From a virus (Duplodnaviria > Caudoviricetes), in IMG/VR virus record IMGVR_UViG_3300028591_000079, positions 1 through 64,000 of that record: 64,000 nucleotides of DNA; one strand, written 5' to 3'. The translations under genes and the position numbers were made by a program. Under the pieces are notes generated by a model. That model had not been told where the DNA came from and did not search any database. It worked only from the letters and a program-made list of their open reading frames with translations. Position 1 is the first letter of the stretch. Each line of letters starts with the position of its first letter. Below are positions 29,233 through 38,467 of the stretch, in pieces.

Positions 29233-29895
29233 ATGGCAAATTATACGATAACATATGGAACACTAAAACAGCAAGTGATCAATTTGATAAAAGCAAATGT
29301 GCAAAATATTGATCAACTAAATGTTCCAAATACATTAAAAACACCATATGCATATACAATTGCGGGTGGTGGAACCCAAAACGGTTGTCAACTGGTTGCT
29401 ACAGGACTTGATTTACCAATACAATATTCTACGGAACAATTAGAAACTGATTTTAATAATTTTTGTACAACATATGGTATAAACAGTAAATCATCAGATG
29501 TCGTAACCACAAATGGACTGTTGAATTTTTATAATATAGTGGCAAATTTTGTTGCTTCTCGTGTTGTAGAATATACAGGTCTTCATGCCGCAGGAGGAGA
29601 ACAAAGAGTTATGATTTATACACAAACAAGAGGCGCTGGACAATATCCAACTCCACACACACTTGTTTCTGCGGATGATACTGAATTGGCTATTGCAAAT
29701 TCTACTGGCGATGTCGTAAATACATTAACAACAATTATGAAGAAAAATGTATCAGTAAACAATCCTGCACACTACGAAATTAGCATTTGGAGTTGTTCAT
29801 GTTCTTCATCTTCATCTAGTAGTTCATCATCAAGTTCATCATCATCAAGTTCTAGCTCAAGTATATTTATAGCATATCAAAATATCGAGGTATAA
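29233..29895 (+). CDS. Poly-Ser-tailed protein 1 (candidate modified precursor/virion protein)
   Basis: Ends SCSC-S20-IFIAYQNIEV; paralog of the next gene (ITYGxLKxxV, FNxxxxxxG, LLNFYN). Confidence 0.8.
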   Translation: MANYTITYGTLKQQVINLIKANVQNIDQLNVPNTLKTPYAYTIAGGGTQNGCQLVATGLDLPIQYSTEQLETDFNNFCTTYGINSKSSDVVTTNGLLNFYNIVANFVASRVVEYTGLHAAGGEQRVMIYTQTRGAGQYPTPHTLVSADDTELAIANSTGDVVNTLTTIMKKNVSVNNPAHYEISIWSCSCSSSSSSSSSSSSSSSSSSSSIFIAYQNIEV

Positions 29896-29897
29896 TT

Positions 29898-30554
29898 ATG
29901 GCAATTGCAACAAATAATATTATTACATATGGCGACCTAAAAGATTTGGTTTTATCAAAAATAAATTCGCTTGTGAAAAATGTTGGTGGTTATGCCAGTG
30001 GTGTTCCAAACGAAATGAAACCTGGTTTTACACAAACAATAACAAGAGATAGGTCATCTGTTGTTATAAATGTTGATGCAAACACAATTATTTCAACAGT
30101 TACATCTGCAGAAATTGCAAATCAATTTAATGATTATTTGGTACAAAAAGGTGTTTCTGCTGCTGCAAATACGGTAATGACTGCAACCAGTTTATTGAAT
30201 TTCTATAATGTTGCTGCTGCATTTATTACGACAAAAGTTGTTATGGTTACATCATATTTATCTTCAACAACGGTGCCAATGTATAATAAAAACTCAACGA
30301 ATTGGCCAACAGTTCCAGTTATTTCGGCAATTGATCCGGATGCAATACCTACCACTATAGATAATCAAAATGTTCAAAACGCCATGCAATTTTTGGAAAT
30401 GTTTGATAGATCCAGATTGAGTGCTCATATTATGGCTTACACATATAATTATACTTGTTCTAGTTCATCATCCTCATCTTCTAGTTCAAGTTCTTCGTCA
30501 AGTTCTTCAAGTTCATCATCAAGCTCATTTATTGCTTATATGACCCTTGAATAA
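29898..30554 (+). CDS. Poly-Ser-tailed protein 2
   Basis: Ends TC-S23-FIAYMTLE; mixed Ser codons. Confidence 0.8.
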   Translation: MAIATNNIITYGDLKDLVLSKINSLVKNVGGYASGVPNEMKPGFTQTITRDRSSVVINVDANTIISTVTSAEIANQFNDYLVQKGVSAAANTVMTATSLLNFYNVAAAFITTKVVMVTSYLSSTTVPMYNKNSTNWPTVPVISAIDPDAIPTTIDNQNVQNAMQFLEMFDRSRLSAHIMAYTYNYTCSSSSSSSSSSSSSSSSSSSSSSSFIAYMTLE

Positions 30555-30579
30555 AAAACAAAAAAGAAAGGAGATGTTT

Positions 30580-31560
30580 ATGGGTAAGATGGTACAATAT
30601 GGTTTGTGGCCAGATTGCAGTAATAATTGTGATTTTTGTCTTTTAGAGCATCATGGTAGAAAAACATCGAAAGAAGACAAAATATTACAGCTTGATGATA
30701 CTATTGCAAATATCAAAACAATAGATTGGATTAATGAATTTTCAGATGGTATTTCGCTTTTGGGTGGCGAGATTTATTTTATGCGTGATCCAGATCTTCA
30801 AGCAAAATTTTTAGAAGTCATTGATACGATTATAGAGTATGTGTTGTTACCAAATAAGAATAATGGAAATATGAAATGTCGTTATTCTACTGTAACAAAC
30901 GGAATTTATGATCGTACTTTTTTATTTCAAGTATTAGATAAAATAGTTGAAGCTGTTGGTATTCATTTTGTAGATATAAATTTCTCTTATGATTTGAAAT
31001 ATCGTTTTCATACAGAAGCCGCTCGTCAATTGTGTATAGATAATATTAATGCCGTGATTCAAAAATATAATTATGAATTAGGTGTGCAGATGATATTAAC
31101 ACAAAATTTGATAGATTCTGTGAAAAGTGGTGAGTTTGATATAGACAAATTTGAGAATGAAACATGCCCAGGAAGTAAGTTGTGCTTATTATATCCTCAT
31201 CCTGTTCATGGTGGTAAAGTTCTTCCAGGATTTCAATTTGCAAGACAACCATTTTTGAGTTTTTTATTAGAAGAGTATCCAAAGCACAATAGGTTGATTA
31301 GAGATTTTATTTTTTCACTTTATCATTCTGGTATTTATAAATATTCTGGCATGTATTGGAAACGACATATTGGGGATGATGGATATTTTTATGAGAAAGG
31401 TGAAACATCGCAACCACCAATTTTATCAGATGGAAAAGAAGTATTGATGGATTGTGGGCATAGTGTGTTGTATAAATGTTATTCTGATTCTGACAAGTGC
31501 TGTTTATGTGATGTAAAGAATATATTTAAGCAAGAAATATTGGAGTTGAATAATGAGTAG
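30580..31560 (+). CDS. Radical SAM protein (paralog 2)
   Basis: WPDCSNNCDFC, LLGGE, STVTNG, SYDLKYRF, CGHSVLYKCYSDSDKCCLC; AAGGAG RBS before 30580. Confidence 0.85.
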   Translation: MGKMVQYGLWPDCSNNCDFCLLEHHGRKTSKEDKILQLDDTIANIKTIDWINEFSDGISLLGGEIYFMRDPDLQAKFLEVIDTIIEYVLLPNKNNGNMKCRYSTVTNGIYDRTFLFQVLDKIVEAVGIHFVDINFSYDLKYRFHTEAARQLCIDNINAVIQKYNYELGVQMILTQNLIDSVKSGEFDIDKFENETCPGSKLCLLYPHPVHGGKVLPGFQFARQPFLSFLLEEYPKHNRLIRDFIFSLYHSGIYKYSGMYWKRHIGDDGYFYEKGETSQPPILSDGKEVLMDCGHSVLYKCYSDSDKCCLCDVKNIFKQEILELNNE

Positions 31561-32479
31561 AGTTCAATATGGTATTTGGCCTAATTGTTGTAATGCTTGT
31601 GATTTTTGTTTGAATCTACGAGAGGCTTTTTATGGTGTAGAAGAACAGATAAACATGATTAAGAACGTTAGACATAATATCAGACTTCTTGATTGGAAAA
31701 ACACTTATTATCATGGTATTTCTTTGTTGGGTGGCGAATTATATTTTGTAAAAGATAAAGGTATACAAGAAGAATTTTTAGGTCTTATAGATGACATTAT
31801 AGAATTAGTTGTTTGTAAAGAAAATGGTCCACTATGTAAATATTCAACCGTTACTAATGGACTTTATGATCCAGAGTTTTTATTCAAAGTATTAGATAAA
31901 TTTGAAGAAAAAGGGTTGATGAGTGCTGTTGATTTGAATTTCAGTTATGATTTGAAGTATAGATTTAAAACAGAAGAAAGAAAAAAATTGTGTGAAGATA
32001 ATATAGTAAAGACGGTTGAAAGGTATCCAGATCTAAAAGTGAATGTACAAATGATTTTAACACAGCACCTTATCAATGAATACAATAAAAATAACAACAT
32101 ATTGAAAGAATTAGAAGAAAAACTGCATATTGAATCTATAAATCTTCTTTTCCCACACAAACACAACACTGGAAAGACTCTTGTTGATTTTTATTTGAAG
32201 AGAAGTGATTTTTTGAAGTTTTTATATGAGCTAAATAATACAGATCATAAAAAAGTAAGACAGTTTGTGGATAGTATTGTAAATGTGGATGATAATGCTT
32301 TAATTGGACTTTATAGAAGAGATAAAATTGAAAAAAATGAAATAAACATAGACCAATTACCAATGAAGGAAGATAATAAAACCGTAATAAATCCAAAATG
32401 CGGACACTCAACATTATATCAGTGCTATGAAGACTCTGATAAGTGTATGTTTTGTGATATAAGAAAGTTTCAGTGCTAA
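31553..32479 (+). CDS. Radical SAM protein (paralog 3)
   Basis: WPNCCNACDFC, LLGGE, CGHSTLYQCYEDSDKCMFC. Confidence 0.85.
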   Translation: MSRVQYGIWPNCCNACDFCLNLREAFYGVEEQINMIKNVRHNIRLLDWKNTYYHGISLLGGELYFVKDKGIQEEFLGLIDDIIELVVCKENGPLCKYSTVTNGLYDPEFLFKVLDKFEEKGLMSAVDLNFSYDLKYRFKTEERKKLCEDNIVKTVERYPDLKVNVQMILTQHLINEYNKNNNILKELEEKLHIESINLLFPHKHNTGKTLVDFYLKRSDFLKFLYELNNTDHKKVRQFVDSIVNVDDNALIGLYRRDKIEKNEINIDQLPMKEDNKTVINPKCGHSTLYQCYEDSDKCMFCDIRKFQC

Positions 32480-32499
32480 TCATCTAAAAGGAGGAGGAA

Positions 32500-33630
32500 A
32501 TGATACCACTATTTAAAGTTTTTATGGCAGATTCAGTAGATAAGCCATTATTAGAAACACTTCATTCTGGTTTTATTGGTGAAGGTCCAAAAGTACTAGA
32601 ATTTGAAGAAACACTTAAAAAACATCTTAAAACAGAAAATGTATTAACTACTAATTCTGGTACTTCTGCATTATATCTTATTTATCATATGATAAAACAT
32701 CCAAAAACTTCACATGTGTTGCGAAAAACAATTATAACAACACCCATAACTTGTACGGCAACAAATAATCCAATTGTTCTAAATGATATAGACATTGCTT
32801 GGGCTGATGTTGATCCAATTACGGGAAACATTACTCCAGAATCGTTACTGGAAGCGCTGATGATAGAGCCAAATGGATATGCTTACAACACCCAGGGTGT
32901 ATCTATAGTTCATTGGGGTGGAAATCCTTGTGATATAGAGGATATAGCTAAAATATCACATTCTTATGGTCTAAAACTTATAGAAGATGGTGCGCATTCA
33001 TTTGGTATGGAATATAATGGAAAACCTTTTGGATATTATTCAGATTTTGCTATGCACTCATTTCAAGCAATAAAGCATATAACTGCGGGGGATGGTGGTT
33101 GTTTAATATGTAAAAATAAGGATGATTATGAAAGAGCCAAGCTATTAAGATGGTATGGTATAGATAGAGAAATAAAAGAAGGCATAGATCTAAGATGCGA
33201 ATTAGACATTGCTGAAGCTGGATATAAATTTCACATGAATGATTTAGCGGCAACAATTGGTAATGAAAATTTTAAATATCTACCACAAATATTACAAAAG
33301 CATAGAGATAATGCAAAATTTTATGACAAAGCATTTGAGGGAAAAGTAAAATATGCACCAGAAAATCCAAATGGTAAATCAGCTTATTGGTTATATACTA
33401 TTCATGCCGAAAATAGAGATGAATTGATGCAAAAACTAAAAGAAAAAGGTATTATGGCATCAAAGGTACACTCAAGAAATGACACTCATAGTATGTTTAA
33501 GAGTTTTCAAAGACCATTGCCAGGAGTAGAAGAATTCAATCGTACCCATCTTTGTATTCCTGTTGGTTGGTGGGTTACAGAAGAAGATCGTGAATATATT
33601 GCAGAACAGGTGATAAAATATGCAAGATAA
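32500..33630 (+). CDS. DegT/DnrJ/EryC1/StrS PLP-dependent sugar aminotransferase
   Basis: NSGTSAL, ADVDP, VHWGG, IEDGAHSFG, SFQAIKHITAGDGG, GYKFHMND. Confidence 0.9.
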   Translation: MIPLFKVFMADSVDKPLLETLHSGFIGEGPKVLEFEETLKKHLKTENVLTTNSGTSALYLIYHMIKHPKTSHVLRKTIITTPITCTATNNPIVLNDIDIAWADVDPITGNITPESLLEALMIEPNGYAYNTQGVSIVHWGGNPCDIEDIAKISHSYGLKLIEDGAHSFGMEYNGKPFGYYSDFAMHSFQAIKHITAGDGGCLICKNKDDYERAKLLRWYGIDREIKEGIDLRCELDIAEAGYKFHMNDLAATIGNENFKYLPQILQKHRDNAKFYDKAFEGKVKYAPENPNGKSAYWLYTIHAENRDELMQKLKEKGIMASKVHSRNDTHSMFKSFQRPLPGVEEFNRTHLCIPVGWWVTEEDREYIAEQVIKYAR

Positions 33631-34459
33631 ACCAAAACTTTCAATTGTAGCCGGTATTTATTTTCCTCTAGAGATTTGTTTTAGAAGGTTTTTGGATGCG
33701 TGTCTTAGTCAAACAATAAAAGATGTTGAATTTATATTTCTATTAGATTCGCCTGAAGATAAACAATCAAGAAATATATTAGAAGAGTATAAAGACCTAT
33801 TGGATAACCGCTTTATAATTGTAGAAAATGAAAAAAATTTAGGGGTTGTTGATACATATTTGAAAGGTTGTGAGTTATCTAAAAGTGATTGTGTTATGAT
33901 AGTTGACTCAGATGATTTTTTTGATAATGACCTAATTGAAAAGATGTATAATTATTTTATTGAGCATGGTTTAGATTTTTTAGGCCCTAGAATATTGATG
34001 AGTTATCTTGGTGAATTAGATGTTTTTTATGCCTTAAACAATAACGATGATCCAACAGATACAGGAATAATGTTTAGAAAGAAGATTTTGGGTGAATATG
34101 AGGAATTTAGAAAATATATCAATTACACACTTATAAATACAATAAAAAAGACCAATTACAAAGTTGATGTTTTACCGTTAGATTTTGAAAGTTTTTATTA
34201 TTATACAGTCACCAATAGAAGTGCAACAAGTAGTTTTATATTACAAGACAACGGTGAAGTTCCCAAAAGCAAAGACTATCAATATTATAAAGATGGTGTG
34301 ATTAGATTTATAGAGACATTTTTGAGCAATACAACAAATAAAAAGATCAAATTTGAAGATTATACATTAGATGAATTGAAAGATATGGCAAAAAAGTATC
34401 TTGATTTAGACAATTTATTAGAAAACGACCTAACCTGTGAAGAGCTAAAAAAAATCTGA
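33620..34459 (+). CDS. GT2-family glycosyltransferase
   Basis: LSIV...CLSQT...ENEKNLG...IVDSDDF (DxD). Confidence 0.8.
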   Translation: MQDKPKLSIVAGIYFPLEICFRRFLDACLSQTIKDVEFIFLLDSPEDKQSRNILEEYKDLLDNRFIIVENEKNLGVVDTYLKGCELSKSDCVMIVDSDDFFDNDLIEKMYNYFIEHGLDFLGPRILMSYLGELDVFYALNNNDDPTDTGIMFRKKILGEYEEFRKYINYTLINTIKKTNYKVDVLPLDFESFYYYTVTNRSATSSFILQDNGEVPKSKDYQYYKDGVIRFIETFLSNTTNKKIKFEDYTLDELKDMAKKYLDLDNLLENDLTCEELKKI

Positions 34460-34812
34460 TGAATGAATATTATAATATCTTAAAAGAAAATCATAAAAAC
34501 ATAAAATACCATCCTGGTTTTGATATGCTAGTTATTAAGTGTACAAATATAAAAGAACAATTGACAGGCCTAAAAAAGATTGTAAAAACGCTCATATTTG
34601 GTATTCAATCTAAAAAAATAAACAAAAATTCGATTATAATAGAGATTAATGGTGAAGATTTTATTAAAGATGATATTATAATACTACTAAACATTATGAA
34701 ACTCACTAAAACGTCTCATTATTTCAATATAGTGGTCAAAAACGGATTAGATAGTAGGATAGAGTTTATAAGATGCAAATATAGAGGAGTAAAAATAAAT
34801 GAAGGGATATAA
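34459..34812 (+). CDS. Hypothetical protein coupled to GT2 (related to 36045..36527)
   Basis: TGATG overlap; LKKIVKTLIFGIQSKKI vs LKKLINMTLYMIQTKKL. Confidence 0.55.
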   Translation: MNEYYNILKENHKNIKYHPGFDMLVIKCTNIKEQLTGLKKIVKTLIFGIQSKKINKNSIIIEINGEDFIKDDIIILLNIMKLTKTSHYFNIVVKNGLDSRIEFIRCKYRGVKINEGI

Positions 34813-35209
34813 AGTAATAGATTTTGAAGTGCACCCAGATGAGAGAGGAAAATTGACTGCTGTATCTGAAATGAAAGAGATACCGTTTGAGATAAAAAGA
34901 ATATACTACACATGGGATATGCCAAAAGAAGCAATTAGGGGAGGACATGCACACAAGGTTTTAGATGAAGTAATGATTTGTTTGCGTGGTTCTTGTGATT
35001 TTGTGTTAGATGATGGAAAAGAAAAAATTACAATCACACTAGACAGACCAAACAAGGGATTATATGTGTCAGCTCATTTATGGAGACATTTTACTAATTT
35101 TTCTCCAGACTGCGTTGTTATGTTGATTGCCTCAGACTATTTTCACCCAGAAGATCATGTAAAAGATTATAATGAGTTTTTAAAGCTAAGAGCAGAAGAT
35201 GAAGAATAA
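34799..35209 (+). CDS. fdtA: FdtA/QdtA-family dTDP-4-keto-6-deoxyhexose 3,4-ketoisomerase (cupin)
   Basis: DERGKL...IPFEIKRIYY...RGGHAHK...GSCDFVLDDG...LDRPNKGLYV...W...FSPDCV...AS. Confidence 0.88.
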   Translation: MKGYKVIDFEVHPDERGKLTAVSEMKEIPFEIKRIYYTWDMPKEAIRGGHAHKVLDEVMICLRGSCDFVLDDGKEKITITLDRPNKGLYVSAHLWRHFTNFSPDCVVMLIASDYFHPEDHVKDYNEFLKLRAEDEE

Positions 35210-36044
35210 TATAAAAATTTCTGTTATTACTGGAGTTTATCATCCGAATGAGTCTTTATTTCGGAAGTTTTTATATTCCTGCTTAAATCAAACTCTAGAT
35301 GGAATACAATTTATTATGGTTTTTGATGATCCAGAAGATAAAAATTCTAGAAGCATAATAAAAGAACACCAAGAACAAATAGATAATAACAAAAATACTT
35401 TTACGATACTAGAAAATAATAAAAACTTGGGAATATATGAAACACAAATGAAAGGATTGAAAAACGCATTGGGTGAATATATTGTGTTTTTTGATGATGA
35501 TGATTTTTTTGATTTTGAATATTTAGAGATAATGTACAAATATGCTAAAGAGTTTGATGCAAATGTCATAAAAGGCTGGGCATTGACTCATTATTTTGGA
35601 GATATAGATTTGAATTTTACTTTTATATGTCAACACGAAAATATATTCAATGAAGACGATTGGTTATATATGTACAAAAAAGATTTCTTCGTTAATTATT
35701 TCTATTATTCTAAAATGTACACTTCTGATACGGCAATAACAAACAGATCAAAAGAAAAAGAAATAATATTACAAATTCCATTTTATGAGGGTGTATTTTA
35801 TCATTATGTTAGGCACTGTGATAATACATCTTTTGTTCCAATTACAGAAGAAAATTTTAGCATCAGCAACAGTGAGGGTGTGGAAGATCAAAGAAGAATA
35901 TATGAAAGGTTTATGAAGGATGTAAAAGAAGAGTTTGATATAGAAAAAACAAACAAGCAAAAACTAACGACTATTTTACAAAATCATTTAAGACTAGATA
36001 ATACATCAAACGACTATAATTTTGAAAGACTGAAAGGATTATAA
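35199..36044 (+). CDS. GT2-family glycosyltransferase (paralog of 33620)
   Basis: ISVI...CLNQT...ENNKNLG...GEYIVFFDDDDF. Confidence 0.82.
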   Translation: MKNNIKISVITGVYHPNESLFRKFLYSCLNQTLDGIQFIMVFDDPEDKNSRSIIKEHQEQIDNNKNTFTILENNKNLGIYETQMKGLKNALGEYIVFFDDDDFFDFEYLEIMYKYAKEFDANVIKGWALTHYFGDIDLNFTFICQHENIFNEDDWLYMYKKDFFVNYFYYSKMYTSDTAITNRSKEKEIILQIPFYEGVFYHYVRHCDNTSFVPITEENFSISNSEGVEDQRRIYERFMKDVKEEFDIEKTNKQKLTTILQNHLRLDNTSNDYNFERLKGL

Positions 36045-36527
36045 ATGAACATAGGTATAGATATTTATAAAAACAGTCTTCATTTATCTAATCAACAGGC
36101 TATAAGTATAATAAAAAGAGCTCGTTATATGTTATCTGGACTGCAAACACAAAAAGAAGATATTATTGGATTTAATTTTGGTGGCATATTTACAAAAGAA
36201 GAAAAAGTATTGTTAGAGCTAAAAAAACTAATCAATATGACACTATACATGATACAAACAAAAAAATTAGATGGGATAGTATTATATATAGATGAATTGA
36301 TTGATAAAGAAGAATTTAGAAATATAATAGATCTTGCTAAATTTTCTGGTATAACAAACAGATTAAAAATAAAAACTAAAAGCATTAAAGATAAAGATTT
36401 TTTAATGTATTATCCTGAATTAAAAGTTGAAATTATTGAAAAAGATGATACAATATTCAGTAAAAGATATGTATTAGATCAAAAGGAAGAGTTTATTTGC
36501 AAATTATATGAAAATGGAGAAAAATAA
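36045..36527 (+). CDS. Hypothetical protein, possibly a Cys-less rSAM-derived fragment
   Basis: QKEDIIGFNFGGIF resembles QKYDFEGFGIIGGEFF of paralog 7. Confidence 0.5.
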   Translation: MNIGIDIYKNSLHLSNQQAISIIKRARYMLSGLQTQKEDIIGFNFGGIFTKEEKVLLELKKLINMTLYMIQTKKLDGIVLYIDELIDKEEFRNIIDLAKFSGITNRLKIKTKSIKDKDFLMYYPELKVEIIEKDDTIFSKRYVLDQKEEFICKLYENGEK

Positions 36528-37474
36528 TGCAGTTAGATAGTAGGTTTTTGCAATTAGTTTTATGGGTAGATTGTAATAGTCATTGTGCTTTTTGTTTGAA
36601 TCGAAGAGGATTAATGAATAAAGACTTTCACGAAGATAAGATAGAAAATATACATAAAGCCTTAGAAATAGTAAAAAACATAAAACAGGGACAGTATGAT
36701 TTTGTTGGTATTATCGGTGGCGAATTTTTTCAAGGACAAATAACGGAAGAAGTTGCACCACATTATCAAGAACTAGTAGATGAAATAAAAAGCAAAATTG
36801 ATAAAGGATATATAAAAAAATTGTTTGTGGCCAGTTCTTTGATGGGTCCGGATAATTATAATGAGTTTCAGAAATATTTTAGTGCATTTGATAGGTCTGA
36901 AATATTAATCTGTACATCATATAATACTTGGGGACAGTTTGGTTTTTTCCCTGAATCTAATTGGCAAGAAAACTACAAAAAATTTACAGATAATGGGTAC
37001 CAACTGCACATTGAAATTATAGCATCAGAAGCAAATCTAAATGCAATACTTGAAGGAAAATTGAATTTACTTCCTTGGGTTAGAAACAATATTAGAATAG
37101 ACTTCCTTAGACCAATTGATTTCCTAAATGAACCAAAACAAAAATTTCCATGCTTCTTTCCAAAACGAGAAACATTCATAAAATTCATGATGTTCTTAGA
37201 AGTCAATTTCCCGCAAATGATGGATGACTTCATGAGTCTAAAACAAAGAGCTTCGTTGCTACATAACTTTACATTTGATCAAACAGTAGAAAGAAAAGAA
37301 GAGTTTAACGAAGGTGAAGGTTATATAATGGATTGTGGACACTCTAGTTTATTTAAGGCATATATAGATTCAGATCATTGTATGGCTTGTGATATTTTGG
37401 CTTTTTATAAACGAAACAAATATAGAACAGTTGACAAAGATTTACCACAGGAGAAGAAAGATGGCAATGAATAA
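36527..37474 (+). CDS. Radical SAM protein (paralog 4)
   Basis: WVDCNSHCAFC, IIGGEFFQGQ, CTSYNT, CGHSSLFKAYIDSDHCMAC. Confidence 0.85.
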   Translation: MQLDSRFLQLVLWVDCNSHCAFCLNRRGLMNKDFHEDKIENIHKALEIVKNIKQGQYDFVGIIGGEFFQGQITEEVAPHYQELVDEIKSKIDKGYIKKLFVASSLMGPDNYNEFQKYFSAFDRSEILICTSYNTWGQFGFFPESNWQENYKKFTDNGYQLHIEIIASEANLNAILEGKLNLLPWVRNNIRIDFLRPIDFLNEPKQKFPCFFPKRETFIKFMMFLEVNFPQMMDDFMSLKQRASLLHNFTFDQTVERKEEFNEGEGYIMDCGHSSLFKAYIDSDHCMACDILAFYKRNKYRTVDKDLPQEKKDGNE

Positions 37475-38459
37475 AAGAATAATACAATATGAAGTTTGGA
37501 AGGAGTGCCATAATCACTGTAAATTTTGTTTTTTGAAAGATGATATACTTCACACTCCTGATCATGTAAAATTGGGTGGTATAAAAAACGCCATAAATCA
37601 AATCACAGATGATATAAACAATAAAAGAATAGATGGTGTAGGTATTATTGGTGGAGATTTTTGGCAAGGTGAAATTACAACAGAAGAAATAAGAACAGAA
37701 TTTTTCAAACTTATAGATTTATGTTTCAATTATCTAAAAAACGGAGACATAAGTGAAGTTTGGTTATCTGCAACATTAACATTAGGAGCTCAAGAAGATT
37801 TATATAGGGCTCTTGATATGTATAATGAAATGATTCCAGATGAAGAAAAAGAAGATAAAAGACTTTGGATCTGCACTTCTTATGATACAATTGGAAGGTT
37901 TCATATACCAGCAATGTTAGAAAACTGGGAATATCACATGAAGAATATTGGCGAAAAGTATCCAAAAGTCTTTAAAAACACATCATTTATTATAACCAAC
38001 GATCTAGTAAAGAAAACATTATCTGGCGAATTTGATTTTATAAAGTTTGAAGAAGAATTTGGAACCAATGTATATATGAAAACCCCATCACACATTTACG
38101 AAGATTGGGAAGAAGGTAAGAAGAAATTTCAAGAGACGGTGGGTGATTTCTTTTTAGAGCGCAAACCAACTATTGAATTCTTACAAAAGCTAAACGAGGT
38201 GTCTCCAGAGTTGTTGAACAAAATAATGAACAATGACTTAAGGGCTAATGTTTTGGTTGGACACAGTAATGATGGGAATTTTGATGTAATGATAAGAGAC
38301 CAAGAAGACCATCATAAAAATATTAGTGTGGCAACTGGCGGAGAAAACACTGAAAAAGCTCAAATAATGGCCTGTGGACACGAAAAACAGTATAAGTGCT
38401 ATATAGACTCAGACAAGTGTTTTATGTGCGATCTACAACGATTATTCAAGGTATTATAG
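37461..38459 (+). CDS. Radical SAM protein (paralog 5)
   Basis: WKECHNHCKFC, IIGGDFWQGE, CTSYDTIGRFH, CGHEKQYKCYIDSDKCFMC; start at 37461 or 37467. Confidence 0.85.
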   Translation: MAMNKRIIQYEVWKECHNHCKFCFLKDDILHTPDHVKLGGIKNAINQITDDINNKRIDGVGIIGGDFWQGEITTEEIRTEFFKLIDLCFNYLKNGDISEVWLSATLTLGAQEDLYRALDMYNEMIPDEEKEDKRLWICTSYDTIGRFHIPAMLENWEYHMKNIGEKYPKVFKNTSFIITNDLVKKTLSGEFDFIKFEEEFGTNVYMKTPSHIYEDWEEGKKKFQETVGDFFLERKPTIEFLQKLNEVSPELLNKIMNNDLRANVLVGHSNDGNFDVMIRDQEDHHKNISVATGGENTEKAQIMACGHEKQYKCYIDSDKCFMCDLQRLFKVL

Positions 38460-38467
38460 GGGGGAAA

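Noticed and set aside
29803-30527. Poly-Ser tracts as simple-sequence slippage or assembly artefact
   Set aside because: Codons are heterogeneous, and the tracts occupy the same position in two diverged paralogs
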